Assembly: GCA_020137815.1 (NCBI GenBank)
Contig: CM035355.1
Location: 8,432,001-8,496,000, forward strand
Length of the DNA stretch: 64,000 nucleotides
From: Hormiphora californensis
Lineage: Eukaryota > Animalia > Ctenophora
Direction: 5' to 3'
Each line of letters begins with the position of its first letter. Within the stretch, counting starts at the first letter, position 1. Below, one piece after another: positions 29,135 through 39,485 of the stretch. The translations under genes were made by a program, and so were the position numbers. The notes below the pieces were generated by a model that did not search any database, was not told the origin of the DNA, and saw only the letters and a program-made list of their open reading frames with translations.

Positions 29135-32066
29135 TCATGGACACCACTCTAGTATTGAGTTACTGTTTGCTTGAGCAGGATAACCGCTGATGGGGGGTGT
29201 ATCCGGAATGGTAGAGAGGAAACTACCTAGCTGAGATTTGAACTGATAAAGAGTTGGGGCCTCCTTTACAGATCGAGGCAAAGTGTTCCACAACCTTGCC
29301 CCCAGTACCGCAAATGATTGTTCATATAGCGACAGGTTAGATCGTTGAGCCTCGTACGAGTATCGAGGGACGACAGCACTAGGGCCAGAGCGGTGCCTGT
29401 CGACGAAACACATGTCAGTACTGTTGGGTATCTCATTGTTGTACACTTTCCACACAAGAATCATAGTGTACCTCTCACGTCGGCGCTGAAGCGACAAAAG
29501 TCCCAGGGTTTGAAGACGTTGCCAGTAGTTCAGCCCCTTGAGACCAACGATCTTACGGGTGTACGATCGTTGAATATCCTCAACACGACTAATATCCCCA
29601 TTTTTGGAAGGTGACCACAGTGTGCAACAGTAGTCAAGATGGGGACGCACCAGTGACTTGTAAAGAGTCATCATGGTGCGGCGAGTTCTGGATCTAAATG
29701 CACTTAATGTCCATCCAGCAACCCGACTAGCCGTGGTAACAACTCGAGATATTTGGGCCGACCATTGACCATCACTCGAGAGTAGAACACCTAAGTCTCG
29801 GACAGTGTCTGTTGGATCGATGAACCTCCCATCAGAGAGTTGATAGGAATAGTTCTCAGCACTGAACGGTACTTCTCTAAGCGAACTGGTGTGATTCAGG
29901 GTGAAATTCATGACCTCGAACTTTGACTGGTGCAAGGACATATTGTTAGCGTCAGCCCAGGTTATCACACTGTTCAGATCCTCCTGTAGGTTCAATTTGT
30001 CAACCATAGTACGGATAGCAGAGAAGATTTTAGTGTCATCAGCGAACGACAAAGAAGAACCGTGTTTGATTACGGATTCCAGGTCAATTACATAGATCAG
30101 AAATAAAAGTGGACCGAGAACAGTCCCTTGTGGGACCCCACTTCTGACTTCTGCAAAAGAAGACGCTACGCCGTCGACTAAGACCGTTTGTTTCCGGTCT
30201 AGTAGGAAGCTGCGGATCCATTCAAGGAGTTTGCCCTTAACTCCATATCTCTGCAGCTTTTCGAGAAGTATACCGATGTCAACTTTATCAAACGCCTTCT
30301 CGAAGTCCAAGTAGATTACATCCACTTCAAGAAGGTCGTTGAGATTGTTCAGAATATTGTCAATGTGACGAGTGAGTTGGGATAAGCAGCTCCTCTTGCT
30401 TCTAAACCCATGCTGAGACTCGTTAAACAAGTTCTCTGATTCAAAGTATGACACCATTTGAGATCTTACAACCCGTTCAAATGTCTTGGCAATGTGACTG
30501 GTGAGGGAGATCGGGCGGTAATTTTCAGCTTTCATTTTAGGACCCTTTTTGTAGAGGGGTGTAATGTACTGAAGTTTCAGACAGGGTGGTACAATTATAC
30601 CAGAATCAAACGATTTGGCCCATAAGATGGATAGGGGGTAGGACAGCGATGATCGGCAGTCACGTAAAATTCTGGCAGGTACATCTCCTGGAGGGCCGGC
30701 TGAATAGGGATTGAGGTCATGTAGTGCCTTTTCAATATCAGCGGTGGAGAAAACGATGTCTGAAAGGCTGCATGTAGAAGGAATGATGTTGTCTGCAGCT
30801 GTTGAGGAAGAGTTTGAAGGAGTGCTGAAAACAGATGTGAATTGTGATTGAAACAGTTCTGCCTTCATAGCGGGAACGTCAGTGAGTGAACCATCACTTG
30901 TCTGTAAAGGAGGTATACGTGACCGGGTCTTCCTCTTTCGGTTGGCGTATGACCAGAAGAATTTTGGGTTAGCTTTGAGTTTTGTCAACGCCTCGTTCTC
31001 ATCACTGTCAAGTCGCTGAGAAATGTGGCACAAAATTTCCCAAGTAATTCTGGAAACACCAATCTCGAGCTGTGGCAAAAGGTGAGGTTTATTCTGCCGT
31101 GCAAGAGCAATCCGTTTATTCAAACTCCGCTGTTTCACTTTCAATTTCCTGAGAACAGGGTCCCTTCTTTTTTTACGGGCCTTCTTCTTACGAGAGTGGT
31201 GAGATAAGACCTGTAGAACAGTCAGGGTGAAAAGTTGAACGAAATCAGAACCATCACCGTCATCGCAGATGTCGGCGAGTGCTAGCCAATCGATCTGGTC
31301 CAACTCCCTACACATTTCAGGGAAGTTAGCCTCATGAAAGTTGTAAATATCAAAGTCCGTGAATCGATGGTCTGATTGACGAGTGGGTAAGATACCAAAC
31401 CCAAGTGTAGAGCTGATCATATTATGGTCAGAAATACACGACTCCGATACCTCAGTTTTGAAGACATAGTCTGGCCGGTTGGTGAGAACGAGGTCTAGAA
31501 TATTCAAGCCCCGTGTTGGGGAGTCAACAAGCTGAGTGAGAAAATATGAGTTCACAAATTTTAGTAGCATCTGTGAGCAAGGGTTAGGTCCTCCAGTGAG
31601 TGTTCCCCAGTCTATGTCTGGCATATTGAAGTCGCCCATAACATAGATGTCAGGACAACCCTTGTCGAGTTCGCACTGATCAATGAAACGGGATAGATCA
31701 TCAAAAAGGTCATTCGCAGGGGAAGATGGCGCCCTGTACACAACACAGAAAACCGAGTGGGTCTCCTTGATGTATACAGCAGCCGCACTATTGGACGTGT
31801 CTGAGAATCTGAACTCAGAGGAAGGGGTCAGTTGATTGTTAATGTAGAGTGCACAACCGCCACCTCTTCTACCCGCTCTGTCACAACGAGTTAGGTGAAA
31901 GCCTTCAATCTCCAATTGGGCATCAGAGAAATCATCATGCCACCAGGTCTCCGTAATACCGGTGCAAAGGATGGGTATTGACGGATTCTCCAATGAGTCC
32001 TTGATAAAAGAAAACTTCCACCGGCAGTCACTAGCCGCGGAAGGCGTTAAACTGCGGGCGTTGATG
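29135..32066 (-). CDS. LINE ORF2: apurinic endonuclease + reverse transcriptase (uninterrupted)
   Basis: LINARSL, ITETW, RxDR..GGG, GDFN, LDLVLTN, SDH; NYRPISLTS, QHGFR, YLDFEKAFDKV, GVPQGTVLGPLLF, FADDTK, RDLGV, LYKSLVRPHLDY. The ORF-track start (32098) lies inside the inserted TIR. Confidence 0.96.
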
Positions 32067-35000
32067 AGGACACGGCGTGCCCGAGGGTAGTTTAACATTT
32101 GTTTCGGTGTCCATCTCCAATTCCGGTTGTAACGGTTGGGGAAGACCTTCCTGAAGGTCGTAGCGGAGCGGGAATAATCATGTAGACCCGCTCCGGCTTC
32201 AGAAAATTGAGAAAAAGATAGCTATCTTTTTTTTCACTTTGAAAATAAGACGTTTTTTATTAAACGATTCTTGATCAGTAAGATACGGTTGTCCCCCACC
32301 TATTTTTTGACGTAGAATCGAATGCCGTTGAAGTCAAATCTCTAAAATGTTGGAAAAATGGAGAAAATCACATTTTTAGGTATTTTTTGTCGAAAAAAGC
32401 GTTCAAACTGGTAGTAGATGATGAGATAGAGTCCCAACAAGAATTATTGCATTATGTATTCATAATGCGGTGTTTCCCTGCCCCAGATGGGTGTAAAATT
32501 GATGAATGAGCTTCAAATTCAGATTTTCCGATGAATTTTGCACTATAAGAGCAATTTTTGGCTGATACGATGTTAGTTGCTATGGTAACCAGGGTGGTTG
32601 CTATGGTAACCAAGGCAGTTGCTATGGTAACCAAGACAGTTGCTTAGGAGACCCTAGTTGGTGACCAAGCGCTTCACCTTTACCCTCAGGCCTCAGTCAT
32701 CTTAGCACCAGTCACTTGCAATTATTGTGTGATAGTAGTTTCATGCTTGGAAGACTTGCTACCACGTCATGGTACGGCTGTAGGGTACCCAAAGTGATTT
32801 CAGGTGAAAGTAGGAAGTGATACGAGTGAGTAAATGCGCGCCACAATGCGTATTAATCATTTCCTTTGTTGCATCAACAAAGTGTGAGTTGAAAGATTTA
32901 TGAAGGAGCAGACTTTGTTGCTATGTGTAACGGTGGACAGACGGACGGACGGACATTTTAGTTAACTACACAATCTGCTGATTTCTAAACCCTGAATGAT
33001 CTTTTTAGCACGTGCGTGCTAAAAACATCATCCCGGGTGATTGCCTTCGGCAATCACCCGGGCAGGGAAAAAATATCACAAATCTATTTTTTGGGTCTTC
33101 TTCGCCCTAGGAACAGAGTTTCATGAAAATCTGGTACAACGCCTACTTTCCGTTTGCTTTCAAAGAAGGTGAATATTGCTCTAATTTAGCTAATTTTGAA
33201 GAAAAGGCGTCCAAAATGATACTAGTTGACAGGATAGAGTCCCAAAAACGTGAAAATCATCAATTTTAGGCATTTTCTACCCTAGAAACAAATGGACAAG
33301 GTGGTCGGATGATATTTATTATCTCGGTATGCCTCTGAAGTAGGTGGAAATAGCCACAATGTAGAGATTGTGGTAAATGAATGTGAATAAACGTTTACCA
33401 AACCCACTTTAGTGGGCTTCTGGATTATGCAAGAGCCACTCTTCAACTTAGCAGGTGCTAAAGTGGGTTTGGTAAACGTTTATTCACATTCATTTTCCAC
33501 AATGTCTACATTGTGGCTATTTCCACCTACTTCAGAGGCATACCGAGATAATAAATATCATCCGACCACCTTGTCCATTTGTTTCTAGGGTAGAAAATGC
33601 CTAAAATTGATGATTTTCACGTTTTTGGGACTCTATCCTGTCAACTAGTATCATTTTGGACGCCTTTTCTTCAAAATTAGCTAAATTAGAGCAATATTCA
33701 CCTTCTTTGAAAGCAAACGGAAAATAGGCGTTGTACCAGATTTTCATGAAACTCTGTTCCTAGGGCGAAAAAGACCCAAAAAATCGATTTGTGATATTTT
33801 TGGGACTCTATCTCATCATCTACTACCAGTTTGAACGCTTTTTCACCAAAAAATACCTAAAAATGTGATTTTTTCCATTTTGCCAACATTTTAGAGATTT
33901 GACTTCAACGGCATTCAATTCTACGTCAAAAAATAGGTGGGGGACAACCGTATCTTACTGATCAAGGATCTTTTAATAAAAAACGTCTTATTTTCAAAGT
34001 GAAAAAAAAGATAGCTATCTTTTTCTCAATTTTCTGAAGCCGGAGCGGGTCTACATGATTATTCCCGCTCCGCCACGACCTTCAGGAAGGTCTTCCCCAA
34101 CCGTTACAATCGGAATTGGAGATGGACACCGAAACAAATGTTAAACTACCCTCGGGCACGCCGTGAGGAGTAATTCCGAAACCGTTCCAGAACCCCTTGG
34201 TAGTTGGTCGGGGTGTTCAGGCCTGGTTGTGTGAGTGTCAGATGTTTGGGCCGGGGTGTGTGTTCCCTCGTCATCTCTTCCCTGAAGGACTGTAGAGATG
34301 AGTTCAGTGACGTCTTTACTTCTCGAAGAATCTCGTCCCTCACTGAGGCCATCAATGCCATGAGAAAATCCTCTTGTGAACGGATGTCATTGGTCGCGGC
34401 ACGGGGATCGGTCTCAGTTTTGTTAATCTTCTTCTTCTTCTTCTTTGGGTTTGGAGGAGCTGAGCGACGGGGCTCTTTCTGCTCCACTTTCTGAGAGAGA
34501 TCACTGGTTTTGTTACCAGTACTCTTCAATGAATTACCCTTAGCAGGGGCTACTTCACTTCTCCGAGTGTTCTTCAAATGTGTGTCTTTACATTCTTTGT
34601 CGGTACAGACTCGGGAGATCTCAGAATTATGGCAGAGAGGTGGGTGAAAGTTCTGACACTTATCACCAAAGTTACACCCAGAACGAGTTGCCGTTCCGTA
34701 CTGACAATAACGGATGCATTTCTGGGGATGTTCCTTGCTGCAAGGCTTACCACTAATCAACTTGTCACCATTTGGACCATGAGGACAGTCTCTCAGTAGA
34801 TAACGTTCACAAACATTGCTGAATTTGGGAACACCCTGCTGTTTCACCTCTCCATCAGAAGATACGTCTCCAAGATCCACATCTTTTAGAACTGTCACTC
34901 CACCAACAGGAGTTACCAGATCATCAGGATCTTTCTTGACAGGAGCTTGTTTCTTCTTCCTCTTCTTCTTACCGCTACGGCCTGCCTTCGGACTGATTTT

Positions 35001-36848
35001 GAACTCGTATTCCTCATCAGATAACACTGATTCTGGATCTTCAGCACTTCGGTTGCACATGAAGGTTTCAATTTTGTTGTTTTTGTCCTTGCACGGCAGA
35101 CACAACCAGACCGACCCCGTCAAGGACCCAAGGGTGCCATCCATAGCCTCGCAATCATGAGACCCCTGCTGGCAAAGAAAACAGCGGACACGAGGAGATT
35201 CGCCTAGTTTAACTGCATATCCTTCTCCGCAGCCCTCACAATCACAGGGAAAATGACATTCCAGCTGAATGATGATGTAGTCAGCTAGTGTAGTGCGGTT
35301 CTGGTACCGCTTAGTTTTATCCGCATGTGAGCCGGGGGATGCACCGAAGAAAGATGCAGCGGCTTCCAGGTGGGCACAATTGAATTATTATTATTATTAA
35401 ATCTAAAATTATACATTGAATTACATTCAACATATACGCCCCTTTTTGCGGGCAAAAACGGATAGTCTATTAAATAAGAAGTCCCTTAATCAAGTCCTTT
35501 AAGTGAACAAGTCACTGATTAGTCAGCCACATTTAATTACCCCCCTGCTTATCCAATATCGTCCATTCGGATTGTCTCGCCTCAGTCCTTTCACTGTATC
35601 AACGAGAGTTTTCCGTTCTCGTTGTTCTATCGGTGTTAGGTCGGGGGAGAGAAACACCGAGGAAAATTTCTCTGAATCCCGGAGCTGCTTTGCTTTCCTG
35701 AGAAGCTGCAACAAGGTTTCCCTCCTTTCAAGGGTAACGATTACTGGTCTCGGCCGGTTATCAGTCCTTTCGCCGACACGCTTTGTGGAAGATACGACCG
35801 GTTTTTCATTCAGCTCTGCAAAAATATCTTGAACCTCATGCTCAGTAGCCCTTGCAGTAGTTTCTGGAAGCCCAAACAAAACCAGATTCAGCTTTCGATC
35901 AGGAGTTGCTTCTTCTGATACACTGGAAGGGGGTACAGTTGCTTTTTTCCACGCTGCTTGGAGGCGGGATGGTGCAATAGCCGCTGCACAGTTCTGTACA
36001 AGGACTTTGGAGTAGCCCTGTAATTGCTTCTGAACCGACTCCGATACCGAATTTAGTTTCCGACCTTGTACTTCAATCAAACTATTCTGTGCTGCAATCA
36101 ACTTCTCTTGCAATTCGATTCTTGATACCCGATGTTTGTCGACCTCTTCCTTGAATGTGCCAAGCTCTTCTTGTACCTCCTTGAGTTTCCGATTACACTC
36201 CTCTAGTTCCAGGCGTTCTTTCATACGGACAATTTCATCATTCTTACGTTCGGTTTCATACAGACGTTTCTCCTTCATTAAAGTTCCTGCTTCTCTTGCT
36301 ATCAGAAGAATATCACGACAGAGGTTCTCTGTGAAAGTCATGAATTGTTTAACCATGTACGTTTTCGTTGTGTAGTCTGCTGGCAGTGATTCCTCAATGA
36401 ATCGATCATCGTTCCGACTGGAATCCAAGAATAACATACGCAGCTGTCCATCAACCTGTTCATCACTCGGTGGTACAGTTCCCATCTTGATAAACAAAAC
36501 GTCCCTTACTGCACAACGAAGTTTATCCATCATCGAAGAATCCAAACCTTCTAGTGGATCGGCATCTGCATCAGTGGTCTTGTGTTTCTCCGTCATAACT
36601 TCTTCCTGCCCCTACGGGCGGTCTTACCATCCTGCGAACATATCTCAAATTAATTTGTTTAAAGTAGTGTTGAAAAGTTTGAATGTGCGGATGATGTCCA
36701 GATTCTTGGTGTAATCCACATCATGGCGGTAGGCAGACAGGACCTTTTTGGTGAGAGGATCTGCTGCGTTTACAAGATTTCCAACGGCAAGGGCATTGCC
36801 ATCACTTTTGTCATCAGTAGGTGTAGCCATATTTGTCATATCTGGCAT
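32047..36848 (-). CDS. LINE ORF1 (PHD-like + CCCH-like Zn fingers), split by two insertions
   Basis: Joining 36848-36679, 35379-34166 and 32066-32047 gives one frame: MPDMTN...IIRTFNCAHLEAAA...CEGC...CFLCQQGSHDC...WLCLPC...CERYLLRDCPHG...CNFGDKCQNFHP...NYSSSTPAV*. Confidence 0.88.
32071..34165. mobile_element. Non-autonomous foldback DNA transposon, CACGG...CCGTG termini, 4-bp target duplication (Chapaev-like)
   Basis: AGGA at 32067-32070 and 34166-34169; ~365-bp TIRs; second ~345-bp internal inverted repeat (about 33068-33411 / 33458-33801); no transposase. Confidence 0.88.
35523..36596 (-). CDS. LINE ORF1-like protein (coiled coil + RRM/CTD-type region)
   Basis: Heptad-rich middle, then DRKLNLVLFGLPE...RVG...RPRPVIVTL...LLRKAKQLR...VFLSPDLTPIEQRERKTL, typical of CR1/L2 ORF1p. 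Confidence 0.85.
   Translation of the reverse strand: MTEKHKTTDADADPLEGLDSSMMDKLRCAVRDVLFIKMGTVPPSDEQVDGQLRMLFLDSSRNDDRFIEESLPADYTTKTYMVKQFMTFTENLCRDILLIAREAGTLMKEKRLYETERKNDEIVRMKERLELEECNRKLKEVQEELGTFKEEVDKHRVSRIELQEKLIAAQNSLIEVQGRKLNSVSESVQKQLQGYSKVLVQNCAAAIAPSRLQAAWKKATVPPSSVSEEATPDRKLNLVLFGLPETTARATEHEVQDIFAELNEKPVVSSTKRVGERTDNRPRPVIVTLERRETLLQLLRKAKQLRDSEKFSSVFLSPDLTPIEQRERKTLVDTVKGLRRDNPNGRYWISRGVIKCG
36644..36683 (-). other. Genomic copy of spliced-leader exon (no SL intron)
   Basis: TTCAAACTTTTCAACACTACTTTAAACAAATTAATTTGAG followed by ATATG, not GT. Match to the ctenophore SL is from recall. Confidence 0.85.
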
Positions 36849-36857
36849 GGCTAGAGC

Positions 36858-36897
36858 CTCAAATTAATTTGTTTAAAGTAGTGTTGAAAAGTTTGAA
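36858..36897 (-). other. Genomic copy of spliced-leader exon (no SL intron)
   Basis: Identical 40-mer followed by GCTCTAGCC-ATG of LINE ORF1. Confidence 0.85.
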
Positions 36898-37952
36898 CAG
36901 TGTGATATGTGATATGCATTAGTAAATAGTAGAACACGTCAACACTCAACAAGTACAAATATTAATTTCACTTGTTAGGTGTGATATTTTACCGATACAA
37001 TATGCACCTCCTTTTGATCCAGTATTTTCTCAGAAAGTTTTGACCTTTTGACAGGATTTTCCTCTACTGTGGCCATGCTAAAGTAAGAACGTGTTTAGAA
37101 ATCAGGGTCAAAACGTTTTAGCTCGGGGAAAGATAAATGCCAGAGTGTGGTCTTGGCCCTTGAACGGTCCGCGGTGCATGGCTCTCGCCTCTCGGACGCC
37201 CAAAATCAAATGTGTCCAGGGTCTGGACTCTTGGGCGGAACCCCGGGGTTTTCGGGGTGCAGAACCCGCCCAAGCGGGGTCCAGGGGTTGTAAGCCCCGT
37301 TATGGTCTCGTCGAGAGGACGAAACCCCGGAGATTTTGAGCGTTTTTAGGGCCTTTTTGCAAACTTTTTAGCGTGTTTGGAGCATTTTGAAATTACAACC
37401 TGAAAGGATTTTTTATCGCGCGCACAAACAAAGTTTGTATTTATGCGCCGCAATTAATGTAACGCGCGAATTATGCCCTGAACAACTGGACTCCAAAAAA
37501 TGGGCCAGCGCGCTGCAGCGTTGAAGGCCAGCGTTTTTTTTAAATCTGGGTGTCCATTTTTATTCAACTGTTCACCCCTCAACTCATGCGCGTGCGATAT
37601 TTTAATTTACACTGTGCGCGCTACACGTTAACATGTGATAAACGCGCAAAACAATTCCGCGCACGACTTTGGGGGGTGAAGGAGGAAGATCGTGCCCATC
37701 AATATGCACGAAGTTGAACTTTTAACGTAAAATGATGAGATTTTAGTTACTATTTATTTATTTATTTATTTATGTTTATAAGTCGCATGGGACGTGCGTG
37801 GTGTACCAGGAGTGGTGGATTGTGAAGCCACTCTTGTTGTGTCCCTCTCCCACCTTCTCCGTGTGCCAACACAACACTATACTGGTACACCCGCACAGTC
37901 GTGTTCCATTTTTTCCTTTGGGGGGTGAACAGTTGAAAAAAAATGGAGTATA

Positions 37953-38498
37953 AGGAACCATAATAAAGTCGGATTTTTTGAAACTGTCACCCCCCTTTTC
38001 GTGCGCGGAATGTTTTTGCGCGTCACATCACATGTTAACGTGTGGTGTGCGCGTCGAAATTGATAAATTTCACATGCGCGGTCGTTTTGGGGTGACAGTT
38101 TCAAAAAATCCGACTTTAAAGTTCAAGAGCCTCCAAGAGCGCACCAGGTCCAAGAGCACACCAGGACCAGGAGAGCACCCCATCCAAAAGAGACCGTGTG
38201 CAAGGGATACCACGCGCAGAAGAGGCCGCACGCGCAAATACAACGCCGCGCTGGTCTCTTCTGCGCGTGGTGTCCCCTGCGCGTGGTATCTTCTGGATGG
38301 GGAGCTCTCTTTGATGTGGTGCGCTCTTGGAGTGGTCTCTTCTGGATGTGGTACGCTCTTGGTTGTGGTCTCTTTTGGGTGTGGTGCGCTCTCAGGTGTG
38401 GTCTCTCTTCGATAGGGTGCGCTCTCAGGTGTGGTCTCTCTTCGATGGGGTGCGCTCTTGGGTGCTCTTGGAGGCTCTTGAACTTTATTATGGTTCCT
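37953..38498. mobile_element. MITE with TA flanks and two internal inverted repeats
   Basis: Ends AGGAACCATAATAAAGT / ACTTTATTATGGTTCCT; internal IR pairs at about 37965/38117 and 38118/38486. Confidence 0.7.
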
Positions 38499-39485
38499 TA
38501 TGCGTGAGTGATTTTAAGATTTATTTATTACTAAAACCCCAACACCGGGGGCAAATGATCGAACCCAATGTGAATGAGACTCATCGCGATTAACTCTTCA
38601 TACGGTTACCCCCTTTCTCTCTTCGGCAGCTTCTCTTCGGCTGTTGGAAAGTGATACCAATCGGTGTTGGGGTTAGTGAATTTTTTATTTGGCTTTTTCC
38701 AGTTGGAATGCGCTGCAGCCCCCTCATGCGCGCACCCCCGCAACGAGGGGCCTGCAGCGTATGCCAAGGTGTTTGGTGAGTGCTGACAAACGGTTTTTAG
38801 GGTTAGGGCTAAAGTGGGGTTAGGGTTAGGGTTGGGGTTTGGGTTGGGGTTACGCCTTGACATTTCCAACCAGATAAACTTTGAATTAGCCAAAACGGTT
38901 GAGTGGTTTGGCGGTTAGAGTCATTTTAGTGAATCAAATGCATCTCCGCAACGTAGAGGGGCCTGTAGTGTATGCCAACTCGTGTGTGTAATTTCCATAT
39001 GGAAATCCTTGGTATAAAACAAACCGCTTTTGAAACGAGAGTTAGTGAGACGAAGTCCGCACCAAGTGATGCTAGTAGTCAAGACCTAACAGAACTTGTG
39101 TTGTTCTTTAAAATATGAACAATTAAAAGCGGACAATAAATGTATATTTGTATTTGTATTTGTAAACAAATTAACTTTGCGAAATTCAAGGGGGTGGGGG
39201 ACCGAGGAGAACATGAAAATGGACTTTAAAGTCCACGTGATGCCCATATATGGTGTTGTGTGTCACGTGACTTTAAAGTCCTGAGGAAGAAGGCACTGTG
39301 GATTGTTTGTTAGTGGAGCCATTCATTCATTCATTCAAACACCGGTATGTTATCTGCAATGAACTGCACTTGGTGTATGCCATATGATATTATCTGTGAT
39401 GGCTGTGCGTTGTAATGCACCGAGTCTCTGCACAATTCTTCCATTGTGATTTATTGGTTAAACTTGTTTCCACTCCTCCTTAGCT

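Larger units (their letters stand above)
35386..36683 (-). mobile_element. SL-headed ORF1-only retroposon inserted into LINE ORF1
   Basis: TTGAAT duplicated at 35380-35385 and 36679-36684; (TAA)n tail; 40-nt SL at the 5' end; single 357-aa ORF, no RT. Confidence 0.88.
29009..36897 (-). mobile_element. Full-length CR1/L2-group LINE starting with a spliced-leader sequence; carries two nested insertions
   Basis: Target duplication CAGTGT at 29003-29008 and 36898-36903; (TTTGA)n 3' tail; ORF1 with PHD-like and CCCH-like Zn fingers; ORF2 APE+RT; 40-nt SL at the 5' end. Confidence 0.93.

Noticed and set aside
32071-32098. ORF-track start MLNYPRARRV for ORF2 and end RRARG for ORF1
   Set aside because: Both come from the TIRs of the inserted DNA element, not from the LINE.
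38795-38852. TTAGGG-like repeats (also 14900-14940)
   Set aside because: Short, degenerate and inside small repeats or MITEs; not a telomere.
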